This document shows positions 55,572 through 64,000 of a DNA stretch of 64,000 bases, piece after piece. This stretch comes from Phycisphaerae bacterium (GTDB lineage: Bacteria; Planctomycetota; Phycisphaerae; Phycisphaerales; SM1A02). Below the pieces are notes generated by a model. It was not told where the DNA came from and did no database searches. It was given only the letters and a program-made list of their open reading frames with translations. The stretch lies in NCBI GenBank assembly GCA_034440475.1, contig JAWXCC010000002.1, positions 16,787 through 80,786 of the forward strand. The letters are read 5' to 3'. Position numbers and translations under genes: made by a program. Each line of letters starts with the position of its first letter. Position 1 is the first letter of the stretch.

Positions 55572-55606
55572 AAAAAGAAAACTGGGACGCCTTGCGGCGT
55601 CCCAGT
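55572..55606 (-). terminator. Rho-independent terminator
   Basis: ACTGGGACGCC (55581-55591), loop TTGC, then GGCGTCCCAGT (55596-55606). On the minus strand the 11-bp stem is followed by TTTTCTTTTT. It is downstream of the 55660.. gene. Confidence 0.8.
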
Positions 55607-55659
55607 GGTACTCGGCACTCGTTTCGTGGGTGGGAATCGAGGAGCGTCGTTATCGCTAC

Positions 55660-58056
55660 TTAGCCACACGCGCCCCAGGCACCCAAAAGGCCAGCCAAGT
55701 CAGTAGCGTCGACGAGACCGTCAGAGTTCACGTCACCGGGGAAGCCCGGTACTCCGCGTGATCCCCATGCTCCAAGGAGTACTGCGAGGTCGCCAGCGTC
55801 GACGTTGCCATCGCCATTGAGATCCGAGGGGCACGCGGAGCCGCAGACGATGAGATCGAGCTGGAAGTTGTCAATGCCCGCTTCCGTCGTCGAGTCGTTC
55901 GGTGAGTCGGACACACTGAAGCGAACCTGGATGTTGGCGGTGGGCTCGACGTAATCGCTGACCCGGAAGAACTTCGAAGACCACATGCTGGTGGTAGTGA
56001 AGATGTTCATGACGGAAGTCCAAGTCGTGCCGCCGTTGTTACTAACCTCAACCACCATCTTGTCAGCGCCGGCGACTCCGAAGTCGTCGCAGAAGAACCA
56101 AGCGGCAAACGAGATGAGTCCGTCCTGGCCTGAGAGATCAAACGCGGGGGACGTCAGGATGGTCGGACCAAAATCAACGTCGGCAGCCCCGGGCGCGCCG
56201 CCTGCGGTACCGTTCTGGGTCACGAAACACTTCGTACCCGTACCGTTCGTTGCGTCATCCTCGGGCGACGCAAGCTTGCCCGCGACGACGGTGCCGTTCG
56301 GATTCGCGACGCCCCACCCGCCGCCGGTGAGCGACGCGTGATTCGTAATAATCCAAGTCGAGGTGTCGCCTTCGAATTCCTCGCGAAGCGCGATCTCGGT
56401 TCCGACGGCGGATAGCGCGGAGTACGGCGCGGCGGCCCCGCTCGGCGGGTCAGCGAAGACGCCGTTCCCGGGGAGTAGCTGCGACGTGATCCACCATGAA
56501 ATGTTCTCGGGGCAGGGCACGCCCGGAAGCGTTGCCTCGTAGGCGCCGGCTCCAATAGGAATCAGCGGCTGAACCTGCTCTGTACCGCCCTTCGTGATGT
56601 AGTGGAGCGTCGGCGAGTCGGGCACGATTGTGCCGCCGCCGAAGGTCGTGAGATTGACGCCGAAGATATGCGGCGCGTTCGGAGTGATGAACGCGGGCAA
56701 ACCCTGCGGATAGCTCGTGACGATGCCGATCGGCGGAACATTCATCCAGATGCGGGTGCCGCTGCAACGACCAATGACCAGATCCTTCCAACCATCGCCA
56801 TTGATATCGAACACAGCGACATCGAAGGTACCGTTCAGCTCGCTGGTCGGGATGCCGCACGTCCCTTGATCCTGGATCGTCACGCTCGGGACGTTGCCGA
56901 GGTTGCGGTAGAAGTGAAGCCGACTTCCGCAGCCGAAGATATCGACGTCGAAATCGCAGATGAGTACGTCGTTGAAGCCATCGTTATTGATATCGACGAT
57001 CCGGCTGTTTCCACCGAAGCCGTCGTCGCCACCAGATTGGAACGAGTAGGTCTTGCTCTCGAAGTTTGCCATGCCGTCAGCGCCGTTGCCGACGTTCAGC
57101 AGGAAACGATCAGAGCCATCGTCGCTCAGCACCGCGTCGAGCTTGCCGTCATTGTTGAGCTCGCCGACGGACATGTTGTAGTGCGCCCCCGAACTCGCCG
57201 TCTCGTGCTTATTGAAGAAGCCGATCTGCGCGGGATTGTTGTAGCTCACTTTGAACGGGCCGTTTTCCGACTTGATGACATCCCTCACGCCATCGCCGTT
57301 CATGTCCTGAATTGCGCCAGCGGTGCCGAAGCCCGACGAGATCATCTGCGGAGTCATTCGCGCCAAGGTCAAATCGGCAAAGTAGCCAAGCCCGTCGTTG
57401 ATGAGCAGGCGATCACCCTGACCGCTGTTGTAGTTCACGATGTAGATATCGACCGAGCCGTCGCCAGTGACATCACCCGCAGCGATTCCGCAACCGTTCG
57501 GTGCCTCGGGCATCTGTGGAATGCGGGACTCTTCGTACTTGAAGCCCTTCCACAAGCCGCCGCCATCGAGTCCCTGATTCATGTAGACGCGCGGATGCGA
57601 AATCGTCTTGGGGAACGACTGGTTGAGCGCGGGGCATGTGATGAAGTCGCGCCAGCCATCGTTATTCACATCAGCGATGACGACATCGCGATCATTTGTA
57701 ACGTCGAGGAAGCCTTGTCCCCCGTCCGTCGCGGCCGTCGCATACTCGGTCGTGCGATCGACGAGCACGCCACTTTCATTCATGAGGAGCAGGTTCCGTT
57801 TGCCGTTTGGCGTCGTCACGGGTTGCTTTCGCATCACGACGAGATCGATGTCACCATCGTTATCGAAGTCCGCGTAGCCGTAGTCCTTCTCTTCGGTATC
57901 GGCCGATCCGAGATTTGCTGGCGCGACGAGGCGCGTTGCGGTCTGGTTGACGAAGGTCGCCCATCCGTCGGCCATGGCGCTCGTTGCCACCACTCCAGAG
58001 ACGAGTGCCATCGTGGTGATCGCGCCAGTCGCGATCGTTCGTGTCGTCATTCTCAT
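55660..58056 (-). CDS. Secreted seven-repeat FG-GAP/VCBS propeller protein with an additional beta-sandwich-like domain and a double dockerin-like tail
   Basis: From the ATG at 58056: MRMTTRTIATGAITTMALVSGVVATSAMA. Repeats: DFDNDGDIDLVV, DVNNDGWRDFI, GDVTGDGSVDIYI, QDMNGDGVRDVI, GELNNDGKLDAVL, VDINNDGFNDVLI, FDINGDGWKDLVI. The tail is DLNGDGNVDAGDLAVLLGAWG...DVNSDGLVDATDLAGLLGAWGACG. Confidence 0.8.
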   Translation of the reverse strand: MRMTTRTIATGAITTMALVSGVVATSAMADGWATFVNQTATRLVAPANLGSADTEEKDYGYADFDNDGDIDLVVMRKQPVTTPNGKRNLLLMNESGVLVDRTTEYATAATDGGQGFLDVTNDRDVVIADVNNDGWRDFITCPALNQSFPKTISHPRVYMNQGLDGGGLWKGFKYEESRIPQMPEAPNGCGIAAGDVTGDGSVDIYIVNYNSGQGDRLLINDGLGYFADLTLARMTPQMISSGFGTAGAIQDMNGDGVRDVIKSENGPFKVSYNNPAQIGFFNKHETASSGAHYNMSVGELNNDGKLDAVLSDDGSDRFLLNVGNGADGMANFESKTYSFQSGGDDGFGGNSRIVDINNDGFNDVLICDFDVDIFGCGSRLHFYRNLGNVPSVTIQDQGTCGIPTSELNGTFDVAVFDINGDGWKDLVIGRCSGTRIWMNVPPIGIVTSYPQGLPAFITPNAPHIFGVNLTTFGGGTIVPDSPTLHYITKGGTEQVQPLIPIGAGAYEATLPGVPCPENISWWITSQLLPGNGVFADPPSGAAAPYSALSAVGTEIALREEFEGDTSTWIITNHASLTGGGWGVANPNGTVVAGKLASPEDDATNGTGTKCFVTQNGTAGGAPGAADVDFGPTILTSPAFDLSGQDGLISFAAWFFCDDFGVAGADKMVVEVSNNGGTTWTSVMNIFTTTSMWSSKFFRVSDYVEPTANIQVRFSVSDSPNDSTTEAGIDNFQLDLIVCGSACPSDLNGDGNVDAGDLAVLLGAWGSRGVPGFPGDVNSDGLVDATDLAGLLGAWGACG

Positions 58057-58219
58057 GCAGGTCTCCTTGCAGGCCCGAACGGAGGCGGGGCGAGATGAAC
58101 ACGCAAGCACCGGATTGGTCGTGTGCGACGCGCGTTGCGGATGCCGTACCACCCGCATTAGGGAGCTTTGAGAGAACGTGCCACGGCGTTCGTAGCGGCG
58201 TTCGTAGTGAGCGAGTGAG

Positions 58220-59908
58220 TCAGGTTGTGGGACACGGGCCCCATGACCCCAGCACGATGCCGAGATCAACCGCGTTCGTCGTGCCGTCGCCGTTGATGTC
58301 GGCACCAGCGGTTCCCCACGCACCGAGCGCAATGCCGAGGTCGGCGGCATCGACTCCGCCACTGGCATTCAGGTCAGCGGCGCACGCGGTGCAGGAGTCG
58401 GGGATGCCGTCATGGTTCTTGTCCGTCGCGCCGAGGAGCACCTCTAGAAGGTCGCTCGTTCCGTCGTCGTCACAGTCCCGATTCGACGGCTGGTACCGAG
58501 AAAGGAAAACGGCGAAGTCGTTGAGGTCGACATCGCCGTCTTGGTCCGCGTCGTGAATGGCGCAGGGAGCGTCGGCGTTCACTCCCACATCACCGAAGCA
58601 CCCCATGAACGCGTCGAAGTCGAAGAGATCGATGGCGTTACTTCCATCAGCATCGAACGCGAGCCGGCCGAGTGAATCGAGGAACGCAACGAGCTTCGCT
58701 TGCTCGGACGGGGGGAGCGCGAAGAACGCCGCGCCGATGTCGCGGGCCTCGCTCGCGACGACGTTATGCCACCAAATCGCGCCACCGTTCCCAGCGACGC
58801 GGTCAAAGAACGAGCCACCAGCGGCGCGACCGTCGTGCAGCATGGGGTCGCGAGATCTGAGGTTCCAGAGCGTAGGCGTGCGCATCTCAAGCGCTTCCGC
58901 GTCGCCGTCGACGAAGCCGTCGCCGAGGAGTCCCATGTCGTGCAGCAGGAAGTCGGAGTAGGGGCGGATCGTCTTGTTGCGGAGCGCGTCCTCTAGGCCC
59001 CGAGCATCGGCGGTCGTCCATTGCGCAACGTGGCACTTGGCGCATCCGATCGCGTTGAAGATGGCCTCGCCTGACATCCCGGATTTCGGCGTTTGCGGCG
59101 GGGGACTCAGAAACCGCTGGAAGTCGGTGACGCGATCGAGGAAGTCCAAGCCTTCAGCATCGGGACCGTCCTCGGGATCGGCGACAGAGTCGCATTGCGC
59201 GAGCACCGCGGCGTCGCCGTTCGGGGCATTTTCTTCTTGGAAGAACCGATTCGTGAGGCCCATCTCGTTGACGGCGGCGTCAGCAGAGAACGAGAGCACA
59301 GTGGCGACTTGGGCTTTCCAGCCAAAGCGACCGATGCGTGGTACGCCCGGCGCTTCGACCGATTGAACCGTGCGAGCACGGCCGCTCACGAGGTCGCCGT
59401 CGAGATCGAGCGGATCGGCATTGGCCGCAATGGCCGCGTCGGGGATCGCTTCGATCATGCCGAACGCCATGGACGAATTCGTGAGGCGAAGGATGATCGT
59501 GTTCGCCCCGACGTACACCTCTTCGGCGCACCCCTCACTCAGCGAACTCACTTGCAACAGCGGTCCGCCAAATTGCGTGAGCGGATCGAAGCTGCCCTTA
59601 TCAGCAAGTCCGAAGTTTTTGACCGTGATCGAACCCCAGCCACCAACGGGATTCGTATGACACGTTGCGCAACTCGACTTGTTGAAGATCGGGCCCAGAC
59701 CCTCGGCTTCCTGAAGCGGCGTTTGGTAACGCTGTTTGCCGAGTTCAAATCGTGCGAGTTGCTCGGCGGTCAGTCCGGGGAGCGGAGAGCCGGCCTTCTC
59801 GTAGTCGGGTCCGCTGGCGAAAGCGCCGGGAGGAGTGGCGACAAGGCATGTAGCGACGGCAAACCCGTTCGCGAACATCATGCGGACGCGTTGTGTGTCG
59901 TGAGTCAT
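58220..59908 (-). CDS. Di-heme DUF1111-family (putative peroxidase/thiol oxidoreductase) protein with a dockerin-like tail
   Basis: Two CxxCH motifs (SSCATCHTNP and IGCAKCHVAQ), plus GRFGWKAQ. The tail is DLNASGGVDAADLGIALGAWGTAGADINGDGTTNAVDLGIVLGSWGPC. The start is uncertain: 59908, 59881 or 59968. Confidence 0.75.
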   Translation of the reverse strand: MTHDTQRVRMMFANGFAVATCLVATPPGAFASGPDYEKAGSPLPGLTAEQLARFELGKQRYQTPLQEAEGLGPIFNKSSCATCHTNPVGGWGSITVKNFGLADKGSFDPLTQFGGPLLQVSSLSEGCAEEVYVGANTIILRLTNSSMAFGMIEAIPDAAIAANADPLDLDGDLVSGRARTVQSVEAPGVPRIGRFGWKAQVATVLSFSADAAVNEMGLTNRFFQEENAPNGDAAVLAQCDSVADPEDGPDAEGLDFLDRVTDFQRFLSPPPQTPKSGMSGEAIFNAIGCAKCHVAQWTTADARGLEDALRNKTIRPYSDFLLHDMGLLGDGFVDGDAEALEMRTPTLWNLRSRDPMLHDGRAAGGSFFDRVAGNGGAIWWHNVVASEARDIGAAFFALPPSEQAKLVAFLDSLGRLAFDADGSNAIDLFDFDAFMGCFGDVGVNADAPCAIHDADQDGDVDLNDFAVFLSRYQPSNRDCDDDGTSDLLEVLLGATDKNHDGIPDSCTACAADLNASGGVDAADLGIALGAWGTAGADINGDGTTNAVDLGIVLGSWGPCPTT

Positions 59909-60133
59909 ACGGCCGTCGAGGCTCCTATAGAAGATGGTTCGGTTCAGTCTGTACGCTTGCTTCGCCACGGGGTGCTCGGCGGAGTCCGCCGCACCGCCTT
60001 GAGGTGAGCGTAATCGACGACAGCCGTGATGCCAGCCAAATCTTGCATTCGAGTTCGTTCGTTTGTGCAGTCGCTGGTCCTGTCGCGCTCTCTCGAAGAG
60101 TTGCGACTGGCATCCCCCGGCTGGTGTCCCCCG

Positions 60134-60994
60134 ATGCGAGTCGCCACGTTGTTACTCGGCGGGCTTGGTTGTTTCATAAGCGCAGGGTGTGAGCGCGGCG
60201 GCCCGTCCTCTGGACCAGCGCCTGCTCCGGCCGCCGCCACTGCCGTTACGAGCGACGGACATCGCACCGCGTTTGACGCGGTGCCCCGGCCCCCGGGAAA
60301 AGACCCTCCGTTTGTACTGGCGGACGACCGCATCCAGATCGCGAAGGCAATGCTCCGGGCCAACCGTTTCGACGATGCTGAACTCGCTCTGAAGACGGTG
60401 CTCGCGCGGCGCCCGGACATCGCCCAAGCCGAGTTTTTCCTCGGTGTGGCGATTCAGAAACAGAAGCGCTACGCCGACGCGAAGCCACATTTCGAACGCG
60501 TCATCGCGCTCGGGTCCGCGTTCCCCGAGATCGACTATGTCTTTCACTTTCTCGGATGGTGCCTGTATTACCTCGGCGATCTGCCCGGGGCGCAGATCGC
60601 GTTTGAGGAGCATCTTCGCCGCGTTCCGACCGAGGCAGATACGCAGTTCGGACTCGGAGTTGTCGCGTTCGACGACGACCGCATTGACGAGGCGGAAGCA
60701 CACTTCAAACGCGCGATAGAGATGCAACTGGGCGACGCGCGTGCGGCGCGCGAGATCGCGAAAGCGGAGGCGCGACTCAGCGACGTCTATGTTCGTCGCG
60801 ATCGGATCGTTGAGGCTGAACAAGTGCTGCGGGACTCGGTGACGCGGTATCCCGACCACTATGAAGCGTGGGCAAAGCTCGCGCGGGTGCTCGATCGACT
60901 GGAGCGCACGGACGAGGCGACGTCAGCACGCGAACAGGAGCAGGCCGCAATCAATCGCGCGGCAGGGCGAGGCGACTTGAGTGGCACTAACTAA
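60134..60994 (+). CDS. TPR-repeat lipoprotein
   Basis: MRVATLLLGGLGCFISAGC (lipobox), followed by TPR-like helical repeats. Confidence 0.7.
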   Translation: MRVATLLLGGLGCFISAGCERGGPSSGPAPAPAAATAVTSDGHRTAFDAVPRPPGKDPPFVLADDRIQIAKAMLRANRFDDAELALKTVLARRPDIAQAEFFLGVAIQKQKRYADAKPHFERVIALGSAFPEIDYVFHFLGWCLYYLGDLPGAQIAFEEHLRRVPTEADTQFGLGVVAFDDDRIDEAEAHFKRAIEMQLGDARAAREIAKAEARLSDVYVRRDRIVEAEQVLRDSVTRYPDHYEAWAKLARVLDRLERTDEATSAREQEQAAINRAAGRGDLSGTN

Positions 60995-61014
60995 CACATC
61001 TGGCGCGACGAAAG

Positions 61015-61041
61015 CCGCCCGTCGCGCGGTGCGACGGGCGG
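61015..61041. terminator. Hairpin between convergent genes
   Basis: CCGCCCGTCGC (61015-61025), loop GCGGT, then GCGACGGGCGG (61031-61041). Perfect 11-bp stem; the U-tracts are weak. Confidence 0.45.
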
Positions 61042-61079
61042 TCGGAATGTTGCGCACTTCTGTGATACGTTGACCGGAC

Positions 61080-62807
61080 TCACGGGCACCACGCGAGGGA
61101 CAACGCGTCGATCAGCCACGGTCCAACGCGATTGTCGGGTGAATTGCCGCAGGTATACGATCGCTGGATCGTGCCGATTGCGCCATTGAGGTAGAGCCCG
61201 CCTCCCGAGCCGAGCGTCGGAGCTGCAGAGTTTCCCGACACGAAGCAACCACGGTCGAGAGCACAGATTCCGCCGAAGACTGCGATAGCGCCGCCGTGGT
61301 GCTCTGCGTCGTTGGCAATGAAGGTCGACTGCGAGATTTGTGCGGCGCCCGCAAGAATCGCGATCGCGCCGCCAGACGAGCCGAGCGCAGGAGTGCTGAA
61401 CGGGTCAAAGTGCGTTACGTTGTTCACGAAGGTGCAGCGATCGACGATCAGCGTGCCGCTGTTGAGAGCAATCGCGCCGCCCGAGCCCCCGTCGGGGCCA
61501 CTGAGGACTCCGCCGGTCTCGTTGCTGTCGAAGTTACAGCGAACGAACTTGGCCTGTCCCGCTCCCCAAATGCCGACCGCTCCGCCGCCAGCGTCGATGT
61601 AGAAACCGTCGGTAGAGACGTTACCCACGAAGTCACAGTTCTTGAACCTCGCCTTGCCTTCGACGCGCACGGCGCCGTCGGCGTCGCCTCCGAAGTTGTC
61701 GTAGAACTGACACCGCTCAAACACGATGTTCGATCCGAGCACGCGCACCGCCCCACCGTTTCCCCAAGTTTCGTTCCGCAGAAACGACGAGTCTCGCACT
61801 GTGCCAGCGCCGTGCAGGTTGAGCGCACCGGTGCCGGTATCGGTAGGGCCATTGTCTGTGAACTGGCAATTCCTGACGAGGAAGTTCGGAGAGTTGACGA
61901 CACCGACGGTCGGAGCGCTGTTGTAGCTTCCGTTCTGCGAAAACGAGGAATTGGTGATGGTGCACGCTGGGCCGCTGATCTCGATCGGGTATCCCCAGTT
62001 GCGGCCGCCGTGGTTCGTAAACGTGTTGCGGGTGAGTACGGTCGTCGCGTTGATCGCCTTGAAACCCACCGGGCCAACAATCGCGTCGAGTCGCGAATCT
62101 GTCATCGTGACGGATCCGCCGCCGAAGCGAAGCACCGCATCCGGGAAGTCGAACCAGAAGTTCTGAAACGTCGAGCGCGAGATTGTTGCAAGCGATCCGT
62201 TCGCAACGAGGACGGCTCGCGATCCGTACTGCACGTCGACGGAATCGAACACCACGCTGCCACCTTGTACGGTGAACGCCGTCAGATCATTCCACCACAC
62301 TCCGATGTCAGGGATCGTGGTGTTCCGAACGGTGAGCGCTGTTCCGACTGCCGAGAACTCCGGCGCGTTGCCGCCCGCGTCGACATCGATGAGGCAATCG
62401 ACGATGAGCAGTTGGCCGCCGCTGAAGGCGTATTGGTTCGCGCCGCGGAGCGTGACACCGTTGAAGGAAATGAGCTGGCTCGGCGCGAGTACTGACGTCG
62501 ACTTGGAAGCGAAGCCAGTGCTGGTCGGAGCGACCACGCAACTGCCCGGGTTCGCCGGGTTTCCGCGAATTGTGACGGGAAGCGCGCCGATCGAGAACGG
62601 CGCGGTATCCGTAAACCCAACGGAAAGTTGAATGATGTCGTTCGGAGAGGCGGCGCTCAGCGCCGCGGCGATCGAGGGATACGTGCTGGTACCGGAGTTT
62701 CCGACGAAGAGTGTTGCGGCGTCGCTCGTCGACGCGATGAGTATCGGCAGGGCTCCGGCGACGACTGCGGTGAGCGATGAGCGGCGGATTGTCGAGATGG
62801 TGCGCAT
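61080..62807 (-). CDS. Secreted parallel beta-helix repeat protein (no dockerin-like tail)
   Basis: From the ATG at 62807: MRTISTIRRSSLTAVVAGALPILIASTSDA. Repeated NxxxGGAI/GGAV beta-helix turns follow. Confidence 0.7.
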   Translation of the reverse strand: MRTISTIRRSSLTAVVAGALPILIASTSDAATLFVGNSGTSTYPSIAAALSAASPNDIIQLSVGFTDTAPFSIGALPVTIRGNPANPGSCVVAPTSTGFASKSTSVLAPSQLISFNGVTLRGANQYAFSGGQLLIVDCLIDVDAGGNAPEFSAVGTALTVRNTTIPDIGVWWNDLTAFTVQGGSVVFDSVDVQYGSRAVLVANGSLATISRSTFQNFWFDFPDAVLRFGGGSVTMTDSRLDAIVGPVGFKAINATTVLTRNTFTNHGGRNWGYPIEISGPACTITNSSFSQNGSYNSAPTVGVVNSPNFLVRNCQFTDNGPTDTGTGALNLHGAGTVRDSSFLRNETWGNGGAVRVLGSNIVFERCQFYDNFGGDADGAVRVEGKARFKNCDFVGNVSTDGFYIDAGGGAVGIWGAGQAKFVRCNFDSNETGGVLSGPDGGSGGAIALNSGTLIVDRCTFVNNVTHFDPFSTPALGSSGGAIAILAGAAQISQSTFIANDAEHHGGAIAVFGGICALDRGCFVSGNSAAPTLGSGGGLYLNGAIGTIQRSYTCGNSPDNRVGPWLIDALSLAWCP

Positions 62808-62970
62808 GATGTGCTCCTTGAGTAACCACTCGGTATGCGAACGCCGGCATCCCGTCTCTCTGATGGCGATGAACATTGCGGGACTTTTCAGAGCGACATC
62901 GCCGCTACAGTTCATTGCCATGGCCGAGCAGCAGCAAATGACGTTCGCGACGAGTCGACGTAGCGCGACT

Positions 62971-63765
62971 CTAGAGCCCGCGCGACTGTCGGTACATCGC
63001 TGCGTTGTTCCGCACCATGCGACGGAATTGCCAGTACGAAGGTGTCGTGTACGACGTCGTAGACGTCTGTGGAACCGCGCGAGCGCGAAGTTCGTCATAG
63101 TGCTCGCACACCTCGCTGAACGCGCTCGGTATGCGCTCTCGTGCTCGCCGCATGTTGTGCTCGACGGTCTCGCGCAACGTCGGTCGAAATTCGATCGGGT
63201 ATCGCTGCTGGAGCAGAATGTCTCCGGCGTCAATCTTTCGCGCGACTTGATGAATGGTGAACCCAGTGTCGGGAACGTTTTCGTAGATCGGCCAGATGAT
63301 GCTCTGAGCGCCTTGGAACTGCGGCAAGATCTCGGTGTGGATGTTGACCATGCCACAGCGCGGGATCGAGTAGACGGTCTCGGCGATGTATCCGTTGCCG
63401 AGCGAGAGCCCGAGGTCGGCGCGCAGCGTTCGGAAGATCTCGCGCGTGGGCTCAGAGTTCAGGAACTCCGTGTCGAAGAGCGGAACGCCGTGGGCCGCGC
63501 ACACCGTTCGGATCTCGGGGGCATCGAGATCGACGTACCACGCGCGCATGCGGACGCCATTCAGTGCGCCGAGCGGTCCGATGCGCCAGAGCTTCTTGAG
63601 TTTCCTCCGAAGTACGCGCGACTGACCCGGAGAGCCGCCGTGTGCTCGGACGACTCCGACGACCTCGATGTTTCGATTGGCGCAGAGTTCGGGGAGGCAG
63701 CGCGAAGCGATGTCGCGCGGGAGACAGGTGAGGACGACGATACGCGGGCGCTGAACTCTATTCAT
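62971..63765 (-). CDS. Formyltransferase-family protein
   Basis: From the ATG at 63765: MNRVQRPRIVVLT.... The NIHTEILPQFQGAQ motif resembles N-x-H-x-S-LLP-x-x-RG, and TGFTIHQVARKIDAGDIL follows. Confidence 0.7.
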   Translation of the reverse strand: MNRVQRPRIVVLTCLPRDIASRCLPELCANRNIEVVGVVRAHGGSPGQSRVLRRKLKKLWRIGPLGALNGVRMRAWYVDLDAPEIRTVCAAHGVPLFDTEFLNSEPTREIFRTLRADLGLSLGNGYIAETVYSIPRCGMVNIHTEILPQFQGAQSIIWPIYENVPDTGFTIHQVARKIDAGDILLQQRYPIEFRPTLRETVEHNMRRARERIPSAFSEVCEHYDELRARAVPQTSTTSYTTPSYWQFRRMVRNNAAMYRQSRGL

Positions 63766-64000
63766 GGTCCGGGCCCCAGCCACGTCTTCACGCCCGCAGT
63801 TTCCTCCATGTTGCCGCGCGCGAAGTACTCGACGTGCGCAATCGGCCACTCGGCCTCGAAGTGATGTCGTGGAATAGAGTAGCGGTCGGTGATCGCTGGG
63901 CGGATCGTGCCGCGGAACGCGCCGAAGCAGGCGCGGTATCCAGCGGTTTGCGCCATCGCTAACGATGTCTGGTCCGCATCAGCGCGGCGACCGAATGGCC
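63762..64000 (-). CDS. ORF of unknown function, possibly continuing beyond the window
   Basis: ATGA overlap with the formyltransferase start. The frame stays open upstream of the listed Met (63956) to the window edge. Confidence 0.3.
   Translation of the reverse strand, partial: PFGRRADADQTSLAMAQTAGYRACFGAFRGTIRPAITDRYSIPRHHFEAEWPIAHVEYFARGNMEETAGVKTWLGPGP

Overview
High-GC bacterial chromosomal segment. The gene content and motif style look like Planctomycetota/Phycisphaerae, but that is inference only. I can support about 50 protein-coding genes, one tRNA-Arg(UCG), and a few hairpin terminators. The backbone is housekeeping: fabI, gap, coaX, a class IV aminotransferase, a BtpA-family protein, a DEAD-box helicase, an acyl-CoA desaturase, a beta-carbonic anhydrase, and an ECF sigma factor next to a Ser/Thr kinase. 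Two things stand out. (1) 8.2-14.7 kb is a sedentary chromosomal integron. Its integrase homolog is on the same strand as the cassette array and is transcribed toward it. It carries an in-frame deletion of about 70 residues and an R-to-H change at the first catalytic arginine. Four clear attC sites, one decayed copy and two weaker candidates separate the cassettes. The cassettes encode HigBA, HicBA and BrnTA toxin-antitoxin pairs, a protein with a HEPN-like motif, and two zinc-ribbon membrane proteins. Most cassette genes are damaged by frameshifts in C/G runs, an in-frame TAG, or a stop-loss inside an attC. (2) Ten secreted proteins spread over the window share a C-terminal double dockerin-like tail (DLNGDGxVxxADLAxLLGAWG) fused to unrelated domains: C-type lectins, beta-helices, an FG-GAP propeller, a PAP2/haloperoxidase-like domain, and a di-heme DUF1111 domain. 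No cohesin-like partner is visible. Outside the integron there are further gene lesions: TGA at a conserved Cys codon, an in-frame TAG, a lipoprotein remnant with three stops, and a 5'-truncated PilT-like ATPase. No CRISPR array, rRNA or transposase was seen. All family assignments come from motif recognition by eye; no database search was run.
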